From: Pseudomonadota bacterium
Lineage (GTDB): Bacteria > Pseudomonadota > Gammaproteobacteria > Steroidobacterales > Woeseiaceae
Direction: 5' to 3'
Length of the DNA stretch: 64,000 nt
Assembly: GCA_022574185.1 (NCBI GenBank)
Contig: JACZSM010000007.1
Location: 1,307-65,306, forward strand
The position numbers and the translations under genes are program-made. Each line of letters starts with the position of its first letter. Position 1 is the stretch's first letter. Of this stretch, positions 48,395 to 60,058 are shown one piece after another. The notes beneath the pieces are model-generated. The model ran no database searches. It saw only the letters and a program-made list of their open reading frames with translations, and was not told the origin of the DNA.

Positions 48395-49975
48395 ATGTCC
48401 GTCATTGAAGAACAGGTCAGGAAGCGCCGCACGTTTGCGATCATTTCGCATCCCGACGCGGGCAAAACCACGCTGACCGAGAAGCTCTTGTTGTATGGCG
48501 GCGCGATTCAACTCGCCGGGACGGTCAAAGGGCGCAAAGCAAGCCGCCACGCGACGTCGGACTGGATGGCGCTTGAGCAGGAACGTGGTATTTCAATCAC
48601 GTCATCGGTCATGCAGTTTCCGTACAATGGTTATGTCATCAACCTGCTGGACACGCCAGGACACGAAGACTTCTCCGAAGACACGTATCGCACGCTGACG
48701 GCGGTCGATTCGGCGCTGATGGTCATCGACTGCGCGAAAGGCGTCGAGCGTCGCACGATCAAACTCATGGAAGTGTGTCGGCTGCGAAATACGCCAATCA
48801 TGACCTTTATCAACAAGCTTGATCGTGACGGACGTGAGCCGATTGAGCTGCTCGATGAAATAGAGTCAGTCCTCAATATTCAGTGCTCACCCGTGACCTG
48901 GCCAATTGGCATGGGCCGAACACTCAAGGGTGTCTACCACTTGCTGCAGGACCGCATCTATCTGTACGAAAGCGTAGGTCGACAGAAGGCCTCCGCGATA
49001 CGCATCGTGGATGGACTGCATTCGGACGAAGCGACGGTAGTGCTCGGCGACGATGCGGATCGTTATCGTGAGGAGGTCGAGCTCGTCAAAGGCGCCTGCC
49101 CTGAACTCTGCATCGACGATTACCTGCAGGCGCGGCAGTCGCCGGTATTTTTCGGCTCGGCGCTGTCAAATTTCGGTGTTAAGGAACTACTGGATGAGTT
49201 CGTGCGCTATGCGCCGGCACCGCTTCCTCGCGAGACGGAGCAGCGTGATGTGGCACCGAATGAGACGCAACTCACCGGCTTCGTGTTCAAGATACAGGCG
49301 AACATGGATCCGAGTCATCGCGATCGAATCGCATTTATGCGTATTTGTTCGGGGGAATACCGCAGGGGCCTGCGCGTACTGCATGTGCGCTCTGGTAAGG
49401 AGATGAAGATCGCCGATGCGATCACTTTCATGGCCGCTGACCGGCAACATGCCGAGTTTGCGTATGCGGGTGATATCATCGGGCTTCACAATCACGGCAC
49501 AATCAACATCGGTGACAGCTTCACCGAAGGCGAACACCTGCGTTTTACGGGAATTCCGAATTTCGCTCCGGAGATCTTTCGCCGTGCGGTTTTACGCGAT
49601 CCGTTGCGCCTCAAGGCACTGAAAAAGGGTCTTGCGCAGCTCTGCGAGGAAGGGGCGACTCAGTTATTCAGGCCTTTACGCAACAACGACTTGATTCTCG
49701 GTGCTGTTGGACCGTTACAGTTCGAGGTCGTGGCGCATCGACTGCAGCATGAATACAAAGTCGAATGTCAGTTCGAAACCATCAACGTTGCAACGGCGCG
49801 CTGGATCGAATGCGATGACGAAAAAATGCTTGCCGATTTCGAACGCAGGGCACATGATAATCTCGCGCTCGATCACGGTGAGCACCTGGTCTACATTGCA
49901 CCGACGAAAATAAATCTCAAATTGACCGAGGAGCGCTGGCCCGAAATCGAATTCCGGCAAACGCGCGAGCATTGA
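48395..49975 (+). CDS. prfC: Peptide chain release factor 3
   Basis: [30 protein letters not shown] and NKLDR GTPase motifs. 526 aa. Confidence 0.95.
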   Translation: MSVIEEQVRKRRTFAIISHPDAGKTTLTEKLLLYGGAIQLAGTVKGRKASRHATSDWMALEQERGISITSSVMQFPYNGYVINLLDTPGHEDFSEDTYRTLTAVDSALMVIDCAKGVERRTIKLMEVCRLRNTPIMTFINKLDRDGREPIELLDEIESVLNIQCSPVTWPIGMGRTLKGVYHLLQDRIYLYESVGRQKASAIRIVDGLHSDEATVVLGDDADRYREEVELVKGACPELCIDDYLQARQSPVFFGSALSNFGVKELLDEFVRYAPAPLPRETEQRDVAPNETQLTGFVFKIQANMDPSHRDRIAFMRICSGEYRRGLRVLHVRSGKEMKIADAITFMAADRQHAEFAYAGDIIGLHNHGTINIGDSFTEGEHLRFTGIPNFAPEIFRRAVLRDPLRLKALKKGLAQLCEEGATQLFRPLRNNDLILGAVGPLQFEVVAHRLQHEYKVECQFETINVATARWIECDDEKMLADFERRAHDNLALDHGEHLVYIAPTKINLKLTEERWPEIEFRQTREH

Positions 49976-51201
49976 TAGTTAACAAGAAAGTATTCGCCTG
50001 GGCCCTTTATGACTGGGCGAACTCGGCATTCGCGTTGAGCGTGCTCGCCGTGCTATTCCCGTTGTTTCTGGGCAGTTACTGGAGCGTCGGCGACTCGGGC
50101 GCCTCGGTGACGGCACGCCTGGCCTGGGTCACAGCGGCGGCCAGCGCTATTGTCAGCATTCTGGCACCGATATTTGGCACGATTGCCGACACGGGCGGCT
50201 ACCGCAAACGCTTCCTGCTGGTGCTGGCACTGGTAGGCGCGACAATGACCGCGTCACTGGGATTGGTTGGTGAAGGCGGCTGGCCGTGGGCACTGGGGAT
50301 ATACCTGCTTGCATCCATTGGATTTTATAGTTCGACAGTTTTTTATGATTCACTGATCATCGATGTTACGAAGCCGCGCTACTACAGCTTTGTCTCGTCG
50401 CTAGGTTTCTCGCTCGGTTACCTCGGCGGCGCGTCGTTACTGGCTTTGCATGTGTGGATGATCTCGTCGCCTGAGACGTTCGGGCTTGCGACGGCCGCCG
50501 ACGCCATGAAAATTGCGTTCGTATCGGTTGGTGTCTGGTGGGCCGTATTCCTCATTCCTCTCATCGTCCTGGTGCCCGAGCAGCGAACCGGCAAGGTCGT
50601 CGCTGGCGGAGTGCTCCGAGCGGCTTATACCAAACTTCGGGAAACGATTCGTAATGTGCGCCGCTACCGAGACGTCGTCAATTTCCTGACCGCGTATTTT
50701 TTGTACATTGCTGGCGTCTTCACTGTGATTTTTATGGCGGCCAATTATGGACAGAGACTGGGATTCAACACCGGGGATCTGGTCAAGGCATTGATGATCA
50801 CGAATTTCGTCGGTTTCTTTGCCACCTTGTTGTACGGCTATTTTGGGCACCGGTTTGGGCCGAGACCCGGTATCTATTTCGCCCTCGTCGTCTACGTTGT
50901 CGTGTCGAGCTGGGCGGTATTCATGCACGACGTCAGGCAGTTCTATGTAATGGCAATCGTTATTGGCTGCGTTCAGGGCGGCGTCCAGGGCTTGAGCCGG
51001 TCAATGTATGCGGCGTTAATCCCGCCCGATCAACCCGGTGAATTTTTTGGCTTTTACAACATGATTACCAAACTGTCGCATGTGCTCGGGCCGGTAATGG
51101 TCGGACTCGCTGCGACGTTTTCAGACGCGCCGGAGTACGTGCTGCTGGTTTTGATACCACTTTTTGCTGGCGGTGGATTATTGCTGATGCGGGTGAGATA
51201 A
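49972..51201 (+). CDS. MFS transporter, UMF1 (Atg22-like) family
   Basis: [14 protein letters not shown]-terminal signature and about 12 TM helices. The start codon is uncertain (TTG at 49972). Confidence 0.7.
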   Translation: MIVNKKVFAWALYDWANSAFALSVLAVLFPLFLGSYWSVGDSGASVTARLAWVTAAASAIVSILAPIFGTIADTGGYRKRFLLVLALVGATMTASLGLVGEGGWPWALGIYLLASIGFYSSTVFYDSLIIDVTKPRYYSFVSSLGFSLGYLGGASLLALHVWMISSPETFGLATAADAMKIAFVSVGVWWAVFLIPLIVLVPEQRTGKVVAGGVLRAAYTKLRETIRNVRRYRDVVNFLTAYFLYIAGVFTVIFMAANYGQRLGFNTGDLVKALMITNFVGFFATLLYGYFGHRFGPRPGIYFALVVYVVVSSWAVFMHDVRQFYVMAIVIGCVQGGVQGLSRSMYAALIPPDQPGEFFGFYNMITKLSHVLGPVMVGLAATFSDAPEYVLLVLIPLFAGGGLLLMRVR

Positions 51202-53151
51202 CGCGGACACCGCGATTTTCAGGCGCTGTAAAGCAGCCGGGTCAACTGGCCCGTATCGGGCGTCGAGATAAGCCGATGTAATCGTGTCAATCGAATCGGC
51301 GCTAAATCGCGACCGCACTCTGGTCGCATAGGCTGCGGGTGTTTCGCCAATGGATATCGTTACGCCGGTTTTTTGTATAAAGCGCTGATAAAGCACGGTT
51401 GCACGGTCGCGAGGAGGCGGTCGGTTGCGCAAAAAAAGTAGCAGGCTGATCACTGCGACCAATGCGACGACGAGGCTGACGAGCGTCAACATCATCTTGC
51501 GCCAGTCCGGGTCGTCCATGCCGAGCCATTGCATGAATTTGTCCTGGTTTTCCGGTCCGTAACCGAGCACCCAGTCGTTCCATTTCGCGTTCATTGCGTC
51601 CCAGGTTAATGACAGGCGGTGTAACAGCGCTGACGGTGGCAAGAGGCCCCAGGCAGCCGCGGTGCCATCGAGCATCGCGCCGCTGATCCCGGCATCAATT
51701 CGCTCGGGTGCAACGGCTGCCGTCGGATCGACGCGGGTCCAACCGACTCCCTCCAGCCATATCTCGGTCCATGCATGAGCATCGGCCTGGCGCACGATCA
51801 GGTAGTCGCCCATCGGATTCATTTCGCCGCCCTGGTAGCCGAGCACGATGCGTGAGGGAATTCCTGCCGCACGCATCATGACTGCGAATGCAGAGGCGTA
51901 GTGTTCACAAAAGCCGCGCTTGGTGTCGAACAGGAATCGATCCACCGAATGACTGCCCAGAGGCGGCGGTCGCAGCGTATAGAAGTACTCCTCCTCGTGA
52001 AATTTCATTAACACGGCCTCGACAAAGTCCGCATCCGATCCGGCGGAGGCACGCATCTGCTGTGCGAGCCGAACGGTTCTTGGATTGCTGCGGGCAGGTA
52101 TAGCCAGATACCTGTCACGAACAGAACGGCTCATCTCCCGATCGACCTGGTACTCGGTGTAAGAGATCACATCGTAGGCAACACGTTGGTCAATGGGTTG
52201 CATACGCCACAACTGCTGTTGCGGTCCGATATTGGTTCGCGCAAGAGACCATGCGTAGGGCATATCCAGTGCAAACACCCACTGTTGCCGCGTCGGTTCG
52301 AGCGTAACCGTGTAGGCGACCGGTGCGCCAGCGAAAACGATCTGGTCTTTGGGCTGACTGGCAATCGTCAGCTCGTCACCGGTCCAGGTACGGCCGTTGA
52401 AATGCTGCAGGACAAGACCGCGCCAATATTGATCACGCGGGGCGGGAATCGTGTTGTCGAAGTTCACGCGAAATGCAACGGCAGATGACAGCGACAAAGA
52501 GCTGATATCACCCGGACTCATCGTATCGCTGAGTCCGGATGATGCGGTGCCAGTGTCGATCGGCACGGCCCAGAACGGAGACGCCAGGCGTGGAAAGAAT
52601 ATCCACATCGCTAGCGCAAGCGGCACGGCGTACAGCACGAGACGACTGCCGGTCCTGAAACTCTGGCGCATCGTTTCGGATTCGGCGGCCGACATCCTGA
52701 GCCAGGCGGTCATTGTGAGTAACACAGCAAGCAGCAGGTATGGCAGCGACCAGAGATACTGTTCGCGCAACAACGATGACATGACAAGAAATACGGAAAT
52801 AAACAGCAAGACGAACTGATCGCGTCGTCTGCGAGTCTCGAGTAACTTGAGCGCCGCCATGATTGCGAGCAGCGCCGAACCCGGTCCGACACCGCTGATT
52901 GACGAGTAAGTAACCAGCACACCAAGAAAACAGAGCAATGCGAGAATGGCCCGGATCCAGGTCGGTGGCAACGCGTGACGACGACGCTCGATCGTATAGC
53001 GCCAGCTCGCGCATACGAAAAAGGCACCCGTAATCCAGAATGGCAGGAACTGCACGTGAGGGGCGAGCGCAAAGGCCAGCGCCGCCAGTGTCCAGGGCAG
53101 GCTTGCCAACAACGATCCGTCAGTACCGCGAGGCTTAGCCACGATTGTCAT
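51178..53151 (-). CDS. Transglutaminase-domain membrane protein TgpA-like
   Basis: N-terminal multi-TM region, then a transglutaminase core with RGFCEHYASAFAVMMRAAGIPSRIV. The start is trimmed to ATG 53151, overlapping the DUF58 stop by 17 nt. Confidence 0.8.
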   Translation of the reverse strand: MTIVAKPRGTDGSLLASLPWTLAALAFALAPHVQFLPFWITGAFFVCASWRYTIERRRHALPPTWIRAILALLCFLGVLVTYSSISGVGPGSALLAIMAALKLLETRRRRDQFVLLFISVFLVMSSLLREQYLWSLPYLLLAVLLTMTAWLRMSAAESETMRQSFRTGSRLVLYAVPLALAMWIFFPRLASPFWAVPIDTGTASSGLSDTMSPGDISSLSLSSAVAFRVNFDNTIPAPRDQYWRGLVLQHFNGRTWTGDELTIASQPKDQIVFAGAPVAYTVTLEPTRQQWVFALDMPYAWSLARTNIGPQQQLWRMQPIDQRVAYDVISYTEYQVDREMSRSVRDRYLAIPARSNPRTVRLAQQMRASAGSDADFVEAVLMKFHEEEYFYTLRPPPLGSHSVDRFLFDTKRGFCEHYASAFAVMMRAAGIPSRIVLGYQGGEMNPMGDYLIVRQADAHAWTEIWLEGVGWTRVDPTAAVAPERIDAGISGAMLDGTAAAWGLLPPSALLHRLSLTWDAMNAKWNDWVLGYGPENQDKFMQWLGMDDPDWRKMMLTLVSLVVALVAVISLLLFLRNRPPPRDRATVLYQRFIQKTGVTISIGETPAAYATRVRSRFSADSIDTITSAYLDARYGPVDPAALQRLKIAVSALSHPHQQ

Positions 53152-54148
53152 CCAGTCCGTACAAGGCCAGTGCCTCCAGGCACCTGCGTCGGTGCGCCGC
53201 GCCATGTGCGGGAGTAAACGCCTGGCCTGAGAGCCGCAGGCCATAGTCTTCACGAGTCCGGTCGGTATCGATGATCCAGCGTGTCAGAATCGACAGGCGT
53301 ATTTCGGCATCGTTTGCGTCGATAGCATCAAAATCGAACCACTGACTGCTGGTATCAGCACCGGCAAACTGCTTGGAGAACAGTTGTCCGCTGCGTGCGT
53401 AGGCTTTCCACGCTACGTGGCGTGGTGAATCACCGTCGTGAAATTTGCGCAAGCCGGCGAAGTCCTCTTCGCCGCGAGCGTCGTGTTGCCTGTGACCCTG
53501 TGCTGTCTGAGTGGGTGGCGGTCGCGGCGCGTCGTCCATTGCATGCGGGTAGACGAGTCCCTGCAGCTCCATGTGCAACCAGGTCCAGGAACGAAACAGT
53601 TCGAACGGGAATAATGTGCAGATGCCAAATCGGTCAAGCCGAATCCAACCGCGCTGGGTGGTCGGCACCGCGAGAACGAATACTTTGCTCTCGCCTGGAT
53701 GCAGATCGTGAACTTCACTTACTTCGGCATCGGTATACAGCATGATGCCGCGCCGTGCACTCCGGGAGTGATTGATGATGGCAACTCGAAATTTTGCGGT
53801 TTGCCCTGCGAATATCGGTTCAATGCCGGCGAAACTGAGTTCGAGACCGACCAGATTTCGCTGGCATTGATGCATCGATACAAAGCCAAGGCCACCAAGA
53901 AGAAAGGTGAGCACGAATGACAGGTTGTTGTTGTAGTTCATCGAACCCAGCAACATTGCAAATGTCATCAGTGCGAAGACGAGGCCCACGCCGGTTGGAA
54001 GAATGTAGATGCGACGCGACTGCAGGCTCGTGACCGGCGCATCGATTCCCTGGCGCTTCCTGGCCCAACGCCTGACGCGACGACGCGCGGCGGCCGTCAA
54101 TGCAGCTGCAATGCCGATCTTAGGGAATGGCCACTGTATCGAGGACAT
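53135..54148 (-). CDS. DUF58 domain protein
   Basis: Two N-terminal TM helices and the motif LRKFHDGDSPRHVAWKAYARSG. It lies between the MoxR and TgpA genes. The start is trimmed to ATG 54148. Confidence 0.75.
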   Translation of the reverse strand: MSSIQWPFPKIGIAAALTAAARRRVRRWARKRQGIDAPVTSLQSRRIYILPTGVGLVFALMTFAMLLGSMNYNNNLSFVLTFLLGGLGFVSMHQCQRNLVGLELSFAGIEPIFAGQTAKFRVAIINHSRSARRGIMLYTDAEVSEVHDLHPGESKVFVLAVPTTQRGWIRLDRFGICTLFPFELFRSWTWLHMELQGLVYPHAMDDAPRPPPTQTAQGHRQHDARGEEDFAGLRKFHDGDSPRHVAWKAYARSGQLFSKQFAGADTSSQWFDFDAIDANDAEIRLSILTRWIIDTDRTREDYGLRLSGQAFTPAHGAAHRRRCLEALALYGLDDNRG

Positions 54149-55085
54149 GTTGGCAAAGCTCGGCTGAGGAACGGTAGCTGGTGTTTCCCGCCGGTTGCAG
54201 ACGGTGACCGGCAACAACGGCAAACACGGCCTGGATATCGTCAGGGTAAACGCCCGAGTGGTGCTCGACGTAGGCGTGTGCTTTGGCAGCCGCGACCAGT
54301 GCGATGGCGCCGCGCGGTGACAAGCCGATATCAATCTCGGGGGATGCACGTGTTTGTCGCACGAGTGCCTGAATATAGTCGACCAGCGGGCTACTCATAT
54401 GCACGCCAGATGCGATTTCCTGTAATTTTTGCAATTGCGCAGGAGTACATACTGCGTCGATTTCGTTGAGCATCGAGCGACGGTCACCGCCGGTTAGCAA
54501 CATACGTTCGCTTTCTTCATTGGGATAGCCCAGTTTCAGGCGCATCAAAAACCGGTCGAGTTGCGATTCGGGCAAAGGAAAAGTTCCAATCTGATCGGCC
54601 GGGTTTTGCGTCGCCACGACGAAAAAAGGCCTGGGCAATTGACGTGTATTGCCATCGACCGTTACCTGGTACTCCTCCATGGCCTCGAGCAGCGCGCTTT
54701 GGGCTTTCGGTGTCGCGCGGTTGACCTCGTCGGCAAGAATCAGCTGCGTAAAGATCGGGCCGGGCTGGAACTCAAACTCACCCTTGTTCTGTCGAAAGAC
54801 CGATACGCCGACAATGTCGGCCGGCAACAGGTCGCTCGTGAACTGAATGCGGCGAAAGCTCAGGCCAAGCACGCGTGCCAGGGCCTGTGCGAGCATGGTT
54901 TTGCCGAGACCCGGCAAATCCTCTATTAGCAGGTGGCCGCGAGCCAACAGGCAGGAAAGGGCGAGGCCAATCTGTTTGTCTTTGCCGAGGATGATACTGC
55001 CCAATACCTTGCGAGCGCGATCCAAGGCGGCACGATCCGCGTCTTTGCCAGTGGGCAATTGTTCGAGTGTGTTGCCGCCCTGCAT
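54120..55085 (-). CDS. MoxR-family AAA+ ATPase
   Basis: Walker A GLPGLGKT, Walker B LADEVNR and ATQNP motifs. The start is set at ATG 55085, preceded by GAGGA. Confidence 0.9.
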   Translation of the reverse strand: MQGGNTLEQLPTGKDADRAALDRARKVLGSIILGKDKQIGLALSCLLARGHLLIEDLPGLGKTMLAQALARVLGLSFRRIQFTSDLLPADIVGVSVFRQNKGEFEFQPGPIFTQLILADEVNRATPKAQSALLEAMEEYQVTVDGNTRQLPRPFFVVATQNPADQIGTFPLPESQLDRFLMRLKLGYPNEESERMLLTGGDRRSMLNEIDAVCTPAQLQKLQEIASGVHMSSPLVDYIQALVRQTRASPEIDIGLSPRGAIALVAAAKAHAYVEHHSGVYPDDIQAVFAVVAGHRLQPAGNTSYRSSAELCQHVLDTVAIP

Positions 55086-55210
55086 TTGAGTTCCTCGGTT
55101 GTCAGCCACGCAGCGTGCCAGCCTGCGCAGCTGCTATCGTCGCGGATACGCGGCTGGAATGCACATCAGACCAGCCAGACTGTGATGTAGTCCTCAGATT
55201 TATACCGGCT

Positions 55211-57967
55211 TCAATCGAGCTCGGCCAGCTTCTCAAGTTGTTCCGTCAGCTGCGCGATGGTTTTTTTGAATTCAGCGGCGCGCTGCCGCTCTTTCGTAAC
55301 TACCTCAGCCGGTGCATTGTTCACAAAATTCGCGTTGTCGAGCTTGCCCTGTGCGCGATTCAGGTCCGCCATGCTTCGCTGCTGCTGCTTTTCGAGTCGG
55401 TTGCGTTCAGCTGCCACATCAATCAGGCCCTGCATCGGTACCAGCAGGTGCATGTCGCCGAGGAGGGCCGTCGCTGAAACTGGCGGCTCCTCACCATCGT
55501 CAAGCATTGCTATCGACTCAATTCGACCCACACCCTGCAGCAGGCTTGCAAAAGCTGCAGCACGTTGTCGATCCGTATCGCTGTAATGCTGCAAGACTAC
55601 GGGCACTGGTTTGCCCGGTGATATATCCATTTCCCCCCTGATTTGCCGGATTCCGAGGATGAATTGCCGTACCCATTCGATGTCTGCGACAGCAGCACTA
55701 TAGTCCTCAGCAGCATCTGCCTGAGGGTAAGGCTGTAACATGATCGTCTCGGCATCGATCCCCGCACGTGGCGCAATCTGCTGCCAGATTTCCTCGGTGA
55801 TGAAGGGCATTATTGGGTGCAAGAGGCGCAGCAAGGTCTCGAGCACATTCACCAGCGTGCTCTGCGTACCGCGTTTCGCGTCCGCCGAGGTTTGTTGCGA
55901 CTGCAATACCGGCTTCGAAAGCTCGAGATACCAGTCACAGAACTCATGCCAGGTGAATTCGTAAAGCGCCTGCGCAGCCAGATCAAGTCGATACGCCGCA
56001 AAGTGCTGGTGCGCGGCCGCAATAGCATGGTCCAGTCGCGCACGTATCCAAATGTCTGCGGCACTGAGTTCGATATCGCCGTTACCTAAGTCCTCGGTAT
56101 TCATCAGGACATATCGCGCAGCATTCCAGAGCTTGTTGCAGAAATTCCTGTAACCGTCGATGCGTCCAAGATCAAAGCGAATATCGCGCCCGGTCGTTGC
56201 CAGTGCAGCAAACGTGAATCGCAATGCGTCGCATCCATAGGCCTCGATGCCATTCGGAAAATGACGGCGCGTTGCTTTTTCGATCTGCGGCCGCAGGCGT
56301 TCCTGCATCAGGCCGCTGGTCCGCTTGGCGAGCAGGGTATCCAGCGTGACACCGTCGATCAGATCGATTGGATCAAGCACATTGCCCTTCGATTTCGACA
56401 TCTTCTGGCCGTCCTGGTCGCGAATCAGCCCGTGGATGTAGACCTCGCGAAACGGTACATCGTCCATGAATTTGAGGCCCATCATGATCATGCGCGCGAC
56501 CCAGAAGAAGATGATGTCGAAGCCTGTAACCAGCACACTGCCGGGATAGAAGTCGTCCAGCGCGTCGGATTTTTCCGGCCAGCCGAGTGTGCTGAACGGC
56601 CACAAGGCCGACGAGAACCAGGTATCGAGCACGTCTTCGTCCTGACGCAGTGCCTTGTCGGCGGCAAGGTTGTGCTTGTTGCGTACGTCGTCTTCCGACA
56701 TGCCGACATAAATGTTGCCATTGTCGTCGTACCAGGCCGGGATTCGATGTCCCCACCACAATTGGCGACTGATGCACCAGTCCTGGATGTTGTACATCCA
56801 GTCGAAGTAGGTTTTCGACCAATTCTCAGGCACGAATCGAATGCGCCCGGTCTCAACAGCCTTGATGGCAGGTTCGGCAAGCGGCTTGATATTCACATAC
56901 CACTGGTCTGTCATGTACGGTTCGAGAATTGCGCCACTGCGATCGCCACGCGGAATCTTCACAGCGTAGTCTTCGACCTTGTCCAGCAAACCCAGCTCGG
57001 CAAACTCTGCAACGATGGCGGTGCGTGCATCAAAGCGATCCATGCCGCGATATGCGTCGGGGACTTCATCATTGAGCGCGGCATCGTCGGTCAGGATGTT
57101 GTATAGGGGCAGATCGTGGCGTTTGCCAATGTCATAATCATTGAAGTCGTGCGCAGGCGTAATTTTCACACAGCCGGTACCAAACTCGATGTCGACGTAG
57201 TCATCGGCGATGATCGGAATGCGCCGCCCGACAATAGGCAAGATGATGTCCTGGCCAATCAGTTGCTTATATCGTTCATCGTCAGGATGTACCGCAACGG
57301 CGCTGTCGCCAAGCATTGTTTCGGGACGTGTCGTTGCGACGACCAGGTGGCCGGCGCCGGATGCAAGTGGGTAGCGGAAGTGCCAAAGGTGGCCATCTTC
57401 ATCTGCGGACAATACCTCGAGGTCCGATAATGCCGTGTGCAACACAGGATCCCAGTTGACGAGCCGCTTGCCCCTGTAAATGAGGCCTTCATCGTACAAC
57501 TTGACGAACACCTCGGTGACGGCCCGCGACAGCGTGTCGTCCATCGTGAAGCAATCGCGATCCCAGTCCAGCGATACCCCCAGGCGTCGAAACTGCTTAC
57601 TGATCTCGCCGCCTGACTCCGCTTTCCATTGCCAGACCCGTTCGACAAACTTTTCGCGACCGAGATCACGGCGCGACGTGCCCTCTTTAATGAGCAGTCG
57701 TTCGACAACCATTTGTGTCGCGATTCCGGCATGATCCATACCGGGCTGCCAAAGTGTCTTATAGCCCTGCATGCGCTTGTAGCGAATCAACGCATCCATG
57801 ATCGTGTCCTGGAATGCGTGTCCCATGTGCAGTGTGCCCGTCACGTTCGGTGGCGGGATTACAATGCAGTAGGGATCGCCGTCGCCTCGCGGCGCGAAGT
57901 AACCACGTTCTTCCCAACGCTGGTAGATACGTTGTTCTATATCATGTGGCTGGTAGGACTTGTCCAT
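55211..57967 (-). CDS. valS: Valine--tRNA ligase
   Basis: HMGH (TLHMGHAF), KMSKSKGN and a C-terminal coiled coil. 918 aa. Confidence 0.95.
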   Translation of the reverse strand: MDKSYQPHDIEQRIYQRWEERGYFAPRGDGDPYCIVIPPPNVTGTLHMGHAFQDTIMDALIRYKRMQGYKTLWQPGMDHAGIATQMVVERLLIKEGTSRRDLGREKFVERVWQWKAESGGEISKQFRRLGVSLDWDRDCFTMDDTLSRAVTEVFVKLYDEGLIYRGKRLVNWDPVLHTALSDLEVLSADEDGHLWHFRYPLASGAGHLVVATTRPETMLGDSAVAVHPDDERYKQLIGQDIILPIVGRRIPIIADDYVDIEFGTGCVKITPAHDFNDYDIGKRHDLPLYNILTDDAALNDEVPDAYRGMDRFDARTAIVAEFAELGLLDKVEDYAVKIPRGDRSGAILEPYMTDQWYVNIKPLAEPAIKAVETGRIRFVPENWSKTYFDWMYNIQDWCISRQLWWGHRIPAWYDDNGNIYVGMSEDDVRNKHNLAADKALRQDEDVLDTWFSSALWPFSTLGWPEKSDALDDFYPGSVLVTGFDIIFFWVARMIMMGLKFMDDVPFREVYIHGLIRDQDGQKMSKSKGNVLDPIDLIDGVTLDTLLAKRTSGLMQERLRPQIEKATRRHFPNGIEAYGCDALRFTFAALATTGRDIRFDLGRIDGYRNFCNKLWNAARYVLMNTEDLGNGDIELSAADIWIRARLDHAIAAAHQHFAAYRLDLAAQALYEFTWHEFCDWYLELSKPVLQSQQTSADAKRGTQSTLVNVLETLLRLLHPIMPFITEEIWQQIAPRAGIDAETIMLQPYPQADAAEDYSAAVADIEWVRQFILGIRQIRGEMDISPGKPVPVVLQHYSDTDRQRAAAFASLLQGVGRIESIAMLDDGEEPPVSATALLGDMHLLVPMQGLIDVAAERNRLEKQQQRSMADLNRAQGKLDNANFVNNAPAEVVTKERQRAAEFKKTIAQLTEQLEKLAELD

Positions 57968-58005
57968 ACGTCGTTCGGGTTGATTTCTGAGGACCGGATT
58001 AAGGA

Positions 58006-58434
58006 CTATACGTTGTGTGTTTCGAGCGTGTGGCCCTTGTCGCGGTATTCAGCATAGCGTTTGCGGCTCTCTCGTTTGCAATCATCGTCTGAGCTGACAA
58101 GCTCGGCCACGCGCGGAAAATCTTCGGCGAATGCTGGTATGTGATCGCACAAGTTGATCAACAGGTCTCTCGACACAATGTCGTCGTCGCCGCTACCGAT
58201 TGTTACGGGCGATTGCCGGTCCTGTGCAACTGTCGACACCAGGTCATGCGGCACGAAGCTGCCGTCGCGAAACGTCCAGAGGAGTTGGTCGATATGTTGC
58301 GCATCTGCAGGCGTACCGGTGTGTATGTGCACTGTGTTTTCGAGGCGATACGCTTTTTCTGCGAGTCGGCACGCGAAGAGCTGGCGCTGTTGCGGGCCTG
58401 CGTTACTGAGAATGTAGAAATCGATCCTGGCCAT
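58006..58434 (-). CDS. holC: DNA polymerase III subunit chi
   Basis: [11 protein letters not shown]-terminus, 142 aa. The ATG overlaps the pepA stop (TAATG). The pepA-holC-valS order is conserved. Confidence 0.8.
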   Translation of the reverse strand: MARIDFYILSNAGPQQRQLFACRLAEKAYRLENTVHIHTGTPADAQHIDQLLWTFRDGSFVPHDLVSTVAQDRQSPVTIGSGDDDIVSRDLLINLCDHIPAFAEDFPRVAELVSSDDDCKRESRKRYAEYRDKGHTLETHNV

Positions 58435-59930
58435 TAAGGCAACGCGCCACAACGAGCCAGAATATACTCGCTGAGCAAGGGCACCGGCCTGCCGGAAGCG
58501 CCTTTTTGCTTGCCGGATATCCAGGCCGTTCCGGCAATATCCAGATGCGCCCAATTCATGCCGGCAGTGAACTTGGCGAGGAAGCATGCTGCAGTAATGG
58601 CACCGCCATCGCGTCCGCCGATGTTCGCGAAGTCTGCGAAGTTACTTTTGAGCTGAGTCGCATACTCTTCGTCAAGTGGCAGGCGCCAGCCGTAGTCATG
58701 CGATGCTTCACCCGCCGCGATAATACTCTCAGCCAGATCGTCATTGTTGCTCATCACGGCAGTTCGATGATGACCCAGTGCTATGACGCAGGCGCCGGTC
58801 AGTGTCGCGACATCGATAATTACATCCGGCTTGAATCGTCGCGAATAAGTCAGTGCGTCGCACAATATCAATCGGCCTTCTGCATCTGTATTGAGAATCT
58901 CGATCGTCAGTCCTGACATGCTCTTGACGATGTCACCAGGCTTGGTTGCTCTGCCGCTGGGCAGATTTTCAACCGCTGGTACGACGACGTTGACATTGAC
59001 TGGCAGCCTCAGCTTCGCGATTACGGCCATGGTACCGATGACGCTGGCGGCGCCGCACATGTCGTATTTCATCTCGTCCATGGCCGGACCGGGTTTCAGC
59101 GATATTCCACCCGAGTCAAAGGTAACGCCCTTGCCGACAAGCACGACAGGTTTTTCTCGCCCGGCACCTTTGTACTGCATGACAATAAGTTTGGCGGGTT
59201 CATTGCTGCCCGCTGTAACGGATAACAGCGAGTGCATGCCGAGACGCTTCATCTCGGTTTCGTTCAGCACACGTGTGTGCAGATTCTTGTGCTCGCGCGC
59301 AAGTCGTTGCGCCGTCCGTGCAAGGTAGCTCGGTGTGCAAACATTCGCTGGCAGGTTGCCAAGGTCTTTCGCCAGGGACATGCCAGACGCGATCGCATCA
59401 CCGTGTTCGGATCCGCGCATGGCGCGTCGAGCGTCGCCTCGCTTTGCTATGGCCAAGCCAATTTTGTTCAGAGGCATGCCTGCTTTCTTTCTGCCGCTCT
59501 TCATTTCAGTAAAGCGATACAGAGTGCCGACGATTGTCTGGGCTGTATGACGTGCGAGGTAATAGGGGTCGGTGTCGGCTACATTTTCGAGCGTCAATGT
59601 ATTCAAAATCTGGCGACTATTGCTCTTCGATATTGCATTAATTGCTGCCCGCAGTGCCCGGCAAAATTGTTTGACACCAAAAGTGTTGAATTTACCGAGG
59701 CCGACGACAGCAACGCGCGATGCACGTACTCCCGCAACATCGGTCAGGACCGTGCAAGACCCTGGTTGGCCGCTGATGTCGCCGTTTCTGGTGAGTCGTT
59801 TGATCGACCCGTTGCTGGCTGCATCGATGTCGGCTGCACCAGCGCCCAATTTGCCGCGCTCATAGATGCCGACGATGACGCAATCAACGGCCCGTCGCGA
59901 GGCTTTGCTCGTAGTGGTGAAATATCGCAT
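58434..59930 (-). CDS. pepA: Leucyl aminopeptidase
   Basis: VGKGVTFDSGGISLKP and NTDAEGRLILCDAL M17 motifs. 498 aa. It is divergent from lptF as in E. coli and Pseudomonas. Confidence 0.95.
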   Translation of the reverse strand: MRYFTTTSKASRRAVDCVIVGIYERGKLGAGAADIDAASNGSIKRLTRNGDISGQPGSCTVLTDVAGVRASRVAVVGLGKFNTFGVKQFCRALRAAINAISKSNSRQILNTLTLENVADTDPYYLARHTAQTIVGTLYRFTEMKSGRKKAGMPLNKIGLAIAKRGDARRAMRGSEHGDAIASGMSLAKDLGNLPANVCTPSYLARTAQRLAREHKNLHTRVLNETEMKRLGMHSLLSVTAGSNEPAKLIVMQYKGAGREKPVVLVGKGVTFDSGGISLKPGPAMDEMKYDMCGAASVIGTMAVIAKLRLPVNVNVVVPAVENLPSGRATKPGDIVKSMSGLTIEILNTDAEGRLILCDALTYSRRFKPDVIIDVATLTGACVIALGHHRTAVMSNNDDLAESIIAAGEASHDYGWRLPLDEEYATQLKSNFADFANIGGRDGGAITAACFLAKFTAGMNWAHLDIAGTAWISGKQKGASGRPVPLLSEYILARCGALP

Positions 59931-60058
59931 CTAAAGTGTCTTGTTGGTATTCGCTGGGCTGCCCTGGATGCCATGTGAGGCAAGGGCTGTCCCGAGCAAA
60001 ACAAAAGCGGTAGTCTAACCGATTCCGTCAATTGTGGTTAAGCAAATCACAGACTTCG

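Noticed and set aside
47031-48550. Minus-strand ORFs of 270 and 236 aa (47031-47843 and 47840-48550).
   Set aside because: They are antisense to the UDG family 4, rimI and prfC genes, all of which have clear motifs. They are Arg-rich artefacts.
56261-57106. 281-aa plus-strand ORF.
   Set aside because: It is antisense to valS.
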